A DNA stretch of 64,000 nucleotides from contig JAGBNY010000018.1 of assembly GCA_017634175.1 (NCBI GenBank), forward strand, positions 2,283 through 66,282. The letters run 5' to 3'. The stretch comes from Lachnospiraceae bacterium. Lineage in GTDB: Bacteria; Bacillota; Clostridia; Lachnospirales; Lachnospiraceae. Below, piece after piece: positions 1 through 8,140 of the stretch. The position numbers and the translations under genes were made by a program. Under the pieces are notes generated by a model. That model was not told the origin of the DNA. It saw only the letters and a program-made list of their open reading frames with translations, and made no database searches. Position 1 is the first letter of the stretch; every line of letters begins with the position of its first letter.

Positions 1-271
1 TGGAGTCCTTACTGCGGCGGGCATCTTTGTTCTTTTTTTGCCATTCTTTATGGCACATCTTATTGGAGCCGGCGACATCAAGCTCTTGATGGCGATTGCT
101 CTATTCTTGGGACATAGCGTTCTTTTTGAGAGCCTGTTTCCCATCATGGTTTTTTCTTTAGTGATTCTGCTGATTTTCGCAATTTTGAATAAAGGATTCA
201 AGGGAGTAAGAGTCCCGATGGCAGTGCCTTTATCCTTGGGAGTGCTGTCAACTTTGGTTTTTTGTTTTTGA
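1..271 (+). CDS. A24 prepilin peptidase (TadV/CpaA-like), 5' end outside the window
   Basis: Frame 2 is open from position 2 (GVLTAAGIFVLFLPFF...). Hydrophobic, with the GAGDIKL catalytic-Asp motif and C-terminal RVPMAVPL; first gene of the tad locus. Confidence 0.85.
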   Translation, partial: GVLTAAGIFVLFLPFFMAHLIGAGDIKLLMAIALFLGHSVLFESLFPIMVFSLVILLIFAILNKGFKGVRVPMAVPLSLGVLSTLVFCF

Positions 272-290
272 GGCGGTAACGATAGTTACC
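272..290. repeat. Short palindromic repeat GGCGGTAACGATAGTTACC
   Basis: 19/19 identical to 42897-42915; core palindrome GGTAAC-GATA-GTTACC. Confidence 0.7.
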
Positions 291-302
291 TATGGAGGGC
301 AA

Positions 303-1319
303 ATGGAAAAGAATACTTTGGCTGTATTTGACACCGATGAGGGCTATGTGACCAAGCTTATGGATTATCTGTGCGAGGCAGGCCGCCTTCCTCTCGATGT
401 TCAGGCTTTCACAAAAAAAGAAAGCCTGAAGGAGTTCATGAAGAAGAACCCTGTGGATATATTGCTGCTGCCGGAGGATCAGGTGGATGATGAGTTGGAG
501 TCTGCCGGGGCTGGTGAAATGATGGTGCTGACTGAGGGGACAAATTATGGCACTTCAATTGGCAAGGGAAAAAAGTCCGTATATAGGTATCAATCATCAG
601 AGAATATTTTGAGGGAAGTGATGTGCTACTATGCGGAGAGCCCGGTATCAATTAAGTCCTTGAAGAATGATACAGACACATCCCTGATAGGGGTCTACTC
701 GCCCCTTCATAGCTGCTTAAAGACTTCTTTCGCCATAACACTGGGTCAGCTCCTTTCAAGATTGGGAAAAGAAAGGGTCTTATATGTGAATATGGAGTCC
801 TATGCCGGCTTTAATATGCTTTTGGGGCAGAGTTTCATGATGGACTTATCTGATCTGCTTTTTTATGTAGGGCAGAAAAAGAAGAATTTCCCATGCAAGC
901 TTGCCAGCATGGTCATAAAGTCGGGTGAATTGGATTTAATCCCTCCAGCAGTATCTCCCTCAGACCTGAGAAGCGTGAGTCCAGATATGTGGATACAATT
1001 CTTCAATGAAATAATGAACTGCGAATACAGCAAGGTGATAATAGACTTTGGAGAGGCTGCTGATGGGATTTATGAGGTCTTGAAAGGCTGCTATAGGATT
1101 TATATGCCCATAAAAGAGGACTTGGTTTCGAAAGCTAAATTAGAGCAGTATGAGGCTTGCCTGAGAATAATGGAATGTGCGGAGATAATGGATAAGACGG
1201 AAAAAATCCTTTTTCCGAAAATTTTTAAGGGGATGGACGCTAGAATTTCTGAATTGGAAAAGAGTGAGCTTGCGCAATACATTGTAAGCTCCGGGATTTT
1301 AAGACAGTGGGAGAATTAA
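303..1319 (+). CDS. TadZ/CpaE-like pilus localisation protein (atypical receiver + degenerate MinD/ParA domain)
   Basis: N-terminal receiver-like pattern (LAVFDTDEGY...VDILLL); degenerate P-loop GVYSPLHSCLKTSFA; VLYVNME and VIIDFG; directly upstream of tadA. Confidence 0.75.
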   Translation: MEKNTLAVFDTDEGYVTKLMDYLCEAGRLPLDVQAFTKKESLKEFMKKNPVDILLLPEDQVDDELESAGAGEMMVLTEGTNYGTSIGKGKKSVYRYQSSENILREVMCYYAESPVSIKSLKNDTDTSLIGVYSPLHSCLKTSFAITLGQLLSRLGKERVLYVNMESYAGFNMLLGQSFMMDLSDLLFYVGQKKKNFPCKLASMVIKSGELDLIPPAVSPSDLRSVSPDMWIQFFNEIMNCEYSKVIIDFGEAADGIYEVLKGCYRIYMPIKEDLVSKAKLEQYEACLRIMECAEIMDKTEKILFPKIFKGMDARISELEKSELAQYIVSSGILRQWEN

Positions 1320-1324
1320 CCGAA

Positions 1325-2518
1325 ATGATGGATTTTGAGTCCCTAAAAAATGATTTGCATGAGGATATACTTTCTAAGATTGATTTATCCAGGGAAGTAG
1401 CGGATGAAGAAATACTGGAATTGATTGAAGAAATAATAAATACAAAGGGAATGGAGACTTATCTCCCGCTTCCTGTCAAATTGAGGCTTAGGAGCGAGCT
1501 CTTTGACAGCATTAGAAAGAAAGGGATTATTCAGCCCCTCTTAGATGATCAGGATGTGACGGAGATCATGGTCAATGGGGTGAATCACATATTTGTGGAA
1601 AGGAAGGGCGAGTTATTTGAATGGGATAGGAATTTCGATAGCTTGAATTCCTTGAATGATGTTATACAGCAAATAGCTGCGAATTCTAATAGGATAGTGA
1701 ATGAAGCGTCCCCGATAGTGGACGCAAGGTTGGAAAATGGTGCCAGGGTAAATATCGTCATGAATCCTATTGCCCTGAACGGACCTATTATAACGATTAG
1801 GCGTTTTCCGGATGAGCCCATAGATATGGACAAGCTTATCTGCCTTGGAGCATTGAGCCACGAGGCCTCTCTATTTTTGAAGGATTTGGTGGTAAGTGGC
1901 TACAATATCTTCATTTCGGGCGGAACAGGCTCTGGAAAAACGACCTTCTTAAACGCTCTTTCCGCTTTCATTCCGAAGAGCGAAAGGGTGATAACGATTG
2001 AAGATTCGGCTGAATTGCAGATTCAGGGAATACCCAATCTGGTACGGCTTGAAACCAGGAATGCCAATGTGGAAGGGTGCCTTCCGATTTCAATTAGGGA
2101 TTTAATAAAATCGGCATTGAGGATGCGGCCAGACAGGATAGTTGTGGGCGAAGTAAGGGACGGAGCAGCCTTTGATTTCCTTCAAGCCGCCAATACAGGG
2201 CATGACGGGTCGCTTTCCACGGGTCACGCTAATTCTGCACGAGATATGCTTTCAAGGCTGGAAACGATGGTATTGATGGCAGGCATGGAACTGCCGTTAG
2301 TCGCCATACAGAGACAGATTGCTTCTGCTATAGATATAATTGTCCATTTAGGGAGACTTAGAGATAAGAGCAGAAAGGTATTGGAAATAATAGAAATAAC
2401 GGGCTATGAGGATGGAGAAATAAGGCTTTCGACTCTCTACGCCTTTGACGGGGAAAGATTGAAGCAGGTCGGAAGTCTTAAGAACAGGGAAAAACTAGAA
2501 AGGATGCAATCGGCTTAG
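1325..2518 (+). CDS. tadA: Tad pilus assembly ATPase TadA/CpaF
   Basis: VTEIMVNG, SPIVDARL, Walker A GGTGSGKTT, TIEDSAEL, LRMRPDRIVVGEVR, NTGHDGSLSTGHANS. ATG 1325 preferred over GTG 1307. Confidence 0.95.
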   Translation: MMDFESLKNDLHEDILSKIDLSREVADEEILELIEEIINTKGMETYLPLPVKLRLRSELFDSIRKKGIIQPLLDDQDVTEIMVNGVNHIFVERKGELFEWDRNFDSLNSLNDVIQQIAANSNRIVNEASPIVDARLENGARVNIVMNPIALNGPIITIRRFPDEPIDMDKLICLGALSHEASLFLKDLVVSGYNIFISGGTGSGKTTFLNALSAFIPKSERVITIEDSAELQIQGIPNLVRLETRNANVEGCLPISIRDLIKSALRMRPDRIVVGEVRDGAAFDFLQAANTGHDGSLSTGHANSARDMLSRLETMVLMAGMELPLVAIQRQIASAIDIIVHLGRLRDKSRKVLEIIEITGYEDGEIRLSTLYAFDGERLKQVGSLKNREKLERMQSA

Positions 2519-2529
2519 AGGTTGGAGCA

Positions 2530-3267
2530 ATGGATTACAGCAAATACAAATTCAGTCCGCAGGAAAGGATACTTTATTTCTTGCTTTCTGTAGGAATTAT
2601 CGCCGCTATAGCCTACCTTTTCTATAAGGACATAAGGGCTTTTGTGATTCTGCTTCCGGGAATAGGGCTGATTTTTTCATATATAAGAAGAGAACTTAAG
2701 CGAAAAAGAGCCTTTGAGCTATCCATGGAATTCAAGGAAGCTTTGCTGGCAGTGCAGTCTGCGCTTAATGCGGGATATTCGGTTGAGAATGCCTTTATAG
2801 AGGCCAGGGACGAGATGGAGAGGATGTACGGCAGTGAAGGTCTTATTACAAAGGAATTTCGGTTGATAGCAAGGAGGCTCAGGACGAATGAAAGCTTGGA
2901 AAAGATACTGGAGGAATTTGCTGATAGGAGCGGGATAGAGGACATAGGTGATTTTTCGGATGTTTTATCAGCCGCCAAGAGGAGTGGAGGGGATTTGAAC
3001 AGGATAATAAGGCAGTCCGTTGATGCCCTCAGCGGGAAGGCGGAGGTGAAGAGGGAAATTGAAACCTTGATGAGTGCAAAGCGATTTGAGAACAGGATAA
3101 TGGACATAGTGCCCATGGGAATAATATTATATATAAATATTTCTTCCCCGAGCTTCTTGGAACCCCTTTATCACTCCGGGCTGGGAGTATGCGTTATGAG
3201 CCTTTGTCTCGTCCTATATGCGGTGAGCCTCTATCTTTCGGAGAGGATAGTGGCGATAGAGGTATAG
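2530..3267 (+). CDS. tadB: TadB-like T2SSF membrane platform protein
   Basis: N- and C-terminal TM helices; ALNAGYSVENAF and AKRSGGDL motifs; follows tadA. Confidence 0.85.
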   Translation: MDYSKYKFSPQERILYFLLSVGIIAAIAYLFYKDIRAFVILLPGIGLIFSYIRRELKRKRAFELSMEFKEALLAVQSALNAGYSVENAFIEARDEMERMYGSEGLITKEFRLIARRLRTNESLEKILEEFADRSGIEDIGDFSDVLSAAKRSGGDLNRIIRQSVDALSGKAEVKREIETLMSAKRFENRIMDIVPMGIILYINISSPSFLEPLYHSGLGVCVMSLCLVLYAVSLYLSERIVAIEV

Positions 3268-3271
3268 GAAA

Positions 3272-4732
3272 ATGGCTATAATTATATTCAGCACGATATT
3301 AATTTTTCTTTTCTTATGTCTGTTTTTTCTCTCAATGAACGTGAAGCTTCCACTTTCAGAAAGAGATAGTCCTATAATGAGGCCTTTTAAGAGGGTCGCC
3401 TATCTGATTCTTCGTACCTTTCCTATAAAAAGCTTTGATGAAATGCGAAAAAATGAACTTCTGCTGAATCCTGCCGGAGATGGGCTCACTCTCACGAATG
3501 AGTACTTTTCGAATAAGCTCGCAGAGGCCTTAATCATAGTATTCGTTGGAAATTTAGTGGTATTGGGATTGAATATCGCCAGTTTCAAGGATTCTCAATA
3601 TTTAGAGAAGGGGAGCATTTCCAGAAATGGATATGGGGAGGGTGATTCATCAATGACCCTCGAAGTCTGGGCTGATAACGAGAAACTGAGTAAAGAAATG
3701 GACATAAGAATTCCAGAGCGTCAATATACGAGTGAAGAAATCAACGAAGTTTTCGAGAAGATAGAGAAGAGGGTGGAAGAAGAGGTTTTCAAAGATGGTC
3801 TGGATCCGGAACATATTTGCCGGGATTTGAATCTTCCGGAGAGGATAGACGATTTCCCGGTCTCAATAACATGGGAAAGCGATAATTATTCAGTAATCAA
3901 TGGCGAGGGGAAACTTGGAGAAGAGATACCGGAAGAGGGAGCAGTCGCAGAGCTAAAAGCCATTCTGACTTACTATGATGTTTACGATGAATATTCTTTC
4001 TTTGTCCGGATTTATCCAAAGGAACTTGAGGGAGAAGAGAGGATTCGTGAAGCGATTAAGCGGAAGATCGACAAGAGGAACTCTGAGACTATCTCGGGAC
4101 CGGCTCTGATCCTGCCTCGGAGTGCAGATGGGAAAACATTGAATTATAAAAGAGCCAGAGATCGGACAGCAGAATATTTATTCTTTTTAGTTATTCTCGT
4201 TGCCATTGTTATTTATTATGGGAGAGATAATGACATAAAGAAGCAGGTGGAGAATAGGAATAAAGAAATGGTGTCCGATTACCCGGATATATTGAGCAAG
4301 CTTTGCCTGCTTATAGGGGCAGGGATGACAATAAGAGGGGCCTTTGAAAAGGTCGCGAATGATTACTTAAAAAAGAGGAAAGCTGGAAGGATCAAAGCCT
4401 CCAGATTCGCATATGAAGAAATGGTTGTATCGGTGCATGAGATGAGGAGTGGCGTATCTGAAGCCGAAACCTATGAGAATTTTGCTCAAAGGTGCGGGGT
4501 TCATCAATATACTAAGCTCGGTACTTTGCTTCAGGCCAATTTGAAAAAGGGAAGTGCCGGACTTGTGGATGCCATGAGATCAGAGGTAATTAATGCCTTC
4601 GAGGACAGGAAAGCTCTGGCCCGCAGATTGGGGGAGGAAGCTGGTACAAAGCTCCTTATGCCGATGGGGATGATGCTCGTAGTTGTGATGATAATCGTGA
4701 TACTTCCGGCTTTCTTAAGTTTTAGCCTCTAA
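3272..4732 (+). CDS. tadC: TadC-like T2SSF protein with a large extracytoplasmic Ig-like insertion
   Basis: C-terminal T2SSF pattern (YPDILSKLCLLIGAGMT...GEEAGTKLLMPM); hydrophilic insert containing LNLP...SITWESDNYSVINGEG. Confidence 0.8.
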   Translation: MAIIIFSTILIFLFLCLFFLSMNVKLPLSERDSPIMRPFKRVAYLILRTFPIKSFDEMRKNELLLNPAGDGLTLTNEYFSNKLAEALIIVFVGNLVVLGLNIASFKDSQYLEKGSISRNGYGEGDSSMTLEVWADNEKLSKEMDIRIPERQYTSEEINEVFEKIEKRVEEEVFKDGLDPEHICRDLNLPERIDDFPVSITWESDNYSVINGEGKLGEEIPEEGAVAELKAILTYYDVYDEYSFFVRIYPKELEGEERIREAIKRKIDKRNSETISGPALILPRSADGKTLNYKRARDRTAEYLFFLVILVAIVIYYGRDNDIKKQVENRNKEMVSDYPDILSKLCLLIGAGMTIRGAFEKVANDYLKKRKAGRIKASRFAYEEMVVSVHEMRSGVSEAETYENFAQRCGVHQYTKLGTLLQANLKKGSAGLVDAMRSEVINAFEDRKALARRLGEEAGTKLLMPMGMMLVVVMIIVILPAFLSFSL

Positions 4733-4772
4733 AACCGTTTTAGTCTCTAAAACCGTTTTAGTCGCTAAAGCG
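4719..4772. repeat. Three tandem 18-bp units, each with GTTTTAG-N3-CTAAAAC dyad symmetry
   Basis: gttttagcctctaaaacc (4719-4736), gttttagtctctaaaacc (4737-4754), gttttagtcgctaaagcg (4755-4772). Confidence 0.85.
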
Positions 4773-4814
4773 TGTTTTGAGGAAATGAAATCTTGTAGGA
4801 AAGGGGGTGATAGT

Positions 4815-4976
4815 ATGCTTGGGAGATTCATAAAAGAGGAAGATGCCGTAGGCACAGTTGAGCTGATTCTTATCCTTGTCGTTCTGATAGGACTTGTCCT
4901 GATCTTTAAGACTCAATTAACAGATCTCATGAATACCATCTTTAAGACAATCAACAGCAGAGCAAAAACAGTTTAG
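4815..4976 (+). CDS. flp: Flp1-family type IVb major pilin
   Basis: 53 aa MLGRFIKEEDA|VGTVELILILVVLIGLVLIFK; class III signal with E+5; SD GGGGGTGA before ATG 4815. Confidence 0.9.
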   Translation: MLGRFIKEEDAVGTVELILILVVLIGLVLIFKTQLTDLMNTIFKTINSRAKTV

Positions 4977-5012
4977 GAATCGATGGATCCCTGGTTTCAA
5001 AAGGAGGAATCG

Positions 5013-6434
5013 ATGAGGTTGAAGGGGAGCATAACAGTATTTTTGAGCCTATCGTTATTTGCCATGTTGTCATTAATCCTGGCGAGCCTAGAGAGTGCAA
5101 GATTCAATATGGCTAGGGCCAAGGCGGCGATGGCGTCGGATTTAGGGATTGATTCGATTTTCGCTGAATTTAATAGGGAACTATTATCAAAATATGACCT
5201 TTACTTCATCGATACCTCTTATGGAGGGAATAATCCTTCCACATATAATACGGAGGAGCATCTAAGGCATTATGTTAAGAAAAACCTGACTCCGCCAATA
5301 AATATCCCATTGATAGGGCCGGAAGATTTTGCCAACTTGGAATTAAAGGATTCGAAGATCGATTCAGTGTCCTATGCAACGGATGATGGAGGCAGGGTTT
5401 TTAAGCGACAGGCGATTCATGCAATAAAAGATCATTATGGAATAAGCATAATTGATGACGCGATTAAGAAATATAAATCCTACGATGAAAGCAAAGTCGA
5501 AGACTATGATGTGGACAGTTACAGAGAGGAACTTTATGAAGAAATAGGAAGCGCAGACATAGACCAAGAGGGGTGTCCAGTGAATGAGGTATTTGACAAG
5601 AGGGCGGGGATTTTGGAACTCATCTTAGAGAGTGAATCTTCGGTCTCAAATAAAGAACTCGACTTAAGGAATACTGCTTCACATAGATCCAATGCAGCAG
5701 GAGTGGGACTCATAAAGCCAGAGAGCGATGTGGATAGCATAACAAATGAGGCCTTGTTTAATGAGTACCTTTGTTGGAAACTATCCTGCTATACAAAAAA
5801 TCGTTCTCATAATTCATCGGACTATGAATTGGAATATATCTTAAATGGAGAAAATACCGATATCGCCAATCTAAGGGAGATGGTGAAGAAAATATTTCTT
5901 TTGAGGGAGGCGGCTGATACAATCGCTGCACTTCGGAATGAGTCGATGAGAGAGCAGGCCAAGGTGGTGGGAGTGGCTGTTTCCGTCCTTCTTTTGATGC
6001 CAGAACTTGAAGAGCCGATCACGAATTTGATTCTCTGTGCCTGGGGTTTTGCTGAGGCCGTTGTGGACGTGAAGACTCTTTTGGCAGGCGGGAAGATTCC
6101 CTTAATCAAGGGGGAGACTGACTGGAGGATTGCGACGGTAGTCGAGTTGCCATTCTTCCTGACTTTCGGACCTGACAGAAGCGGCGCTTCGGAGAATCTT
6201 GCTCTTTCCTACCTAGACTATCTGAAGATATTCCTGCTGCTGCAAACACAAGATGAAAAGTGCATGAGGGCAATGGATATTATTGAGCTGAATATGAGAA
6301 CCTTGGAAGGGAATGAGTCCTTCAGAATGGATGCGTGTGCTGAATACCTTCAGGCGGAGATGAATTTTGAAAGCAGGGCGGGCTACGAATTCGAGATTAG
6401 AAGGGAGTATGGGTATGAGAGGGTCGCAGAATGA
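5013..6434 (+). CDS. Large TadE/TadG-like minor pilin (DUF5702-type)
   Basis: SD AAGGAGG; pilin-like N-terminus KG|SITVFLSL; YELEYILNG and LSYLDYL motifs typical of clostridial tad loci. Confidence 0.75.
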   Translation: MRLKGSITVFLSLSLFAMLSLILASLESARFNMARAKAAMASDLGIDSIFAEFNRELLSKYDLYFIDTSYGGNNPSTYNTEEHLRHYVKKNLTPPINIPLIGPEDFANLELKDSKIDSVSYATDDGGRVFKRQAIHAIKDHYGISIIDDAIKKYKSYDESKVEDYDVDSYREELYEEIGSADIDQEGCPVNEVFDKRAGILELILESESSVSNKELDLRNTASHRSNAAGVGLIKPESDVDSITNEALFNEYLCWKLSCYTKNRSHNSSDYELEYILNGENTDIANLREMVKKIFLLREAADTIAALRNESMREQAKVVGVAVSVLLLMPELEEPITNLILCAWGFAEAVVDVKTLLAGGKIPLIKGETDWRIATVVELPFFLTFGPDRSGASENLALSYLDYLKIFLLLQTQDEKCMRAMDIIELNMRTLEGNESFRMDACAEYLQAEMNFESRAGYEFEIRREYGYERVAE

Positions 6435-7251
6435 CGTAAGCTTTAATGAAGCGGCTAGGCATAAAAGGGGCTTGAAAGCCAGCATGGTGCTTGAAACTGC
6501 GTTTTGTTTACCGCTCTTTCTCTTTGGTATGCTGACCATTATTTATTTGATGGAGTCAATCAGGTTTTCAGGGAATCTCTGTGCCGCTCTTTCTCAGACT
6601 GCGAAGAAATTCAGCGGCTATGCCTATGCCCAAACTTTCATGCCTTCGTCCAGTGATTCTGCTTTGGTTGGAAAAGCTGTTTCTTTGACTTTGGGTTCAT
6701 CAGAAAGCATTAAGTACCTTGGAAATACCTATATAGATGAATCTCCGGTACAAGGTGGTTCATCAGGACTCAATTTTTTCTATTCTTCCATGCTGGGAGC
6801 AGACCAGATAATAGACCTTGTAGCTGTTTATAAGGTCAAGCCGTTATATGGCTTTTTTGGAATTGACACTTTTCAAGTTTGTGACAGGGCCTATGTCAGG
6901 GCTTTTACTGGTTATGATAACAGAAAAAAAGATAAATTCAGCACGGAAGAAGAAATTGTATATATTACTGAGACAGGAACTGTTTACCATAAGAGCAGGA
7001 ATTGCCAGCATCTTAGAATTACCATAAGGGAAACGAGCCTATCCCGGGTTTCGGGAGAGAGAAATGAGGGCGGCGGAAAGTACTATCCTTGCGAGCACTG
7101 TGGAAAGAGTGAGGGCACTGGTGCGCTCTATATCACAAGCGATGGCGACAGGTATCATACCAAGCTATCCTGTTCATCCCTAAAGAGAGGAATCAGGGCA
7201 GTCCCGATTTCCAAGGTAGGAGGAAGGAGGGGGTGCGCAAGATGCGCTTAG
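6415..7251 (+). CDS. TadE-family minor pilin with two C-terminal His/Cys metal-binding modules
   Basis: KA|SMVLETAFCLPLFL pilin motif; VYITETGTVYHKSRNC..YYPCEHC and LYITSDGDRYHTKLSC..RRGCARC. Start 6409 or 6415. Confidence 0.8.
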   Translation: MRGSQNDVSFNEAARHKRGLKASMVLETAFCLPLFLFGMLTIIYLMESIRFSGNLCAALSQTAKKFSGYAYAQTFMPSSSDSALVGKAVSLTLGSSESIKYLGNTYIDESPVQGGSSGLNFFYSSMLGADQIIDLVAVYKVKPLYGFFGIDTFQVCDRAYVRAFTGYDNRKKDKFSTEEEIVYITETGTVYHKSRNCQHLRITIRETSLSRVSGERNEGGGKYYPCEHCGKSEGTGALYITSDGDRYHTKLSCSSLKRGIRAVPISKVGGRRGCARCA

Positions 7252-7697
7252 GTGAAATTGCGCTATATATTAAGTCTCTTGTTTTCCTGTTGCTAATGAT
7301 ATGCAGCCTATCAGATTTAAAATCGAGACTGGTGGATGGGTCTATTTTATCATTATTTGGTTTATTGGGCTTACTTTTGAATTTAACCAGCCAAGGAATG
7401 GGACTTTATCCAGTTGCTATAGGAATAGTACCTGGATTAGGACTTTTAATGCTCAATAAACTTACCAAGGGAGCGATAGGTGCGGGGGATGGAATTGTAA
7501 TTTTGGTGACAGGGATTTTCTTGGGATTTTGGGGTACGTTTCGTTTGCTTACGATAAGTACCGGAATGGCAGCGGTATTTGCCGCTATTTTGATGATAGT
7601 TCTAAAGAAAGGAAAATCAAAAGAAATTCCTTTTGTACCCTTTGTCTTCGTATCTTTTTTAATTCAGTCGGCATTAGGTTTTGGGGTAGGAGCATAG
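7242..7697 (+). CDS. Second A24 prepilin peptidase
   Basis: SDLKSR and IGAGDG aspartate motifs; C-terminal EIPFVPF; multi-TM. Confidence 0.85.
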   Translation: MRLGEIALYIKSLVFLLLMICSLSDLKSRLVDGSILSLFGLLGLLLNLTSQGMGLYPVAIGIVPGLGLLMLNKLTKGAIGAGDGIVILVTGIFLGFWGTFRLLTISTGMAAVFAAILMIVLKKGKSKEIPFVPFVFVSFLIQSALGFGVGA

Positions 7698-7699
7698 AT

Positions 7700-8140
7700 A
7701 TGAGAAGTTTTAAGGCATCGTTTACTGTGGAAGCATCCCTGATTTTCCCTTTCATACTTTTCAGCTTGGTACTTGTGATTTATTCCGGCTTTTACATTCA
7801 TGACAGGGCGGCTTTGGACGCAATTGCTTTTGAAAGTGCGCTGAGAGGGAGTGAGATTAGATATATCGGGGCAGACATAAAGGGTATTACAGAAGGGCTT
7901 GGGAAAAGGCTTTTAGAAAATAGCACCTTGGTCTGCAAGTCTGTGCAGCTAAGCGCTGAAGCCTCGGAGGATGAGGTTGTTGTCACCTGCAAAGGAGAAT
8001 TTGACTTGCCGGGTTCCCTGATTCCAGGCTTTCAATATAGTCGTCTAACAATTGAAACAAGAAGGAGCGCAACGAGGTTCTGTCAAACGGACTTTGTGCG
8101 TAAATGCAGAATGATAGAAAATCTCAAAAGAGATGGATGA
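7700..8140 (+). CDS. TadE-family minor pilin
   Basis: MRSFKA|SFTVEASLIFPFIL; SD AGGAG before ATG 7700. The track ORF from 7529 is over-extended. Confidence 0.8.
   Translation: MRSFKASFTVEASLIFPFILFSLVLVIYSGFYIHDRAALDAIAFESALRGSEIRYIGADIKGITEGLGKRLLENSTLVCKSVQLSAEASEDEVVVTCKGEFDLPGSLIPGFQYSRLTIETRRSATRFCQTDFVRKCRMIENLKRDG

Noticed and set aside
4719-4772. GTTTTAG...AAAAC units resemble the ends of type II CRISPR repeats
   Set aside because: The units are 18 bp and head-to-tail with no spacers, and there are no cas genes in the window.
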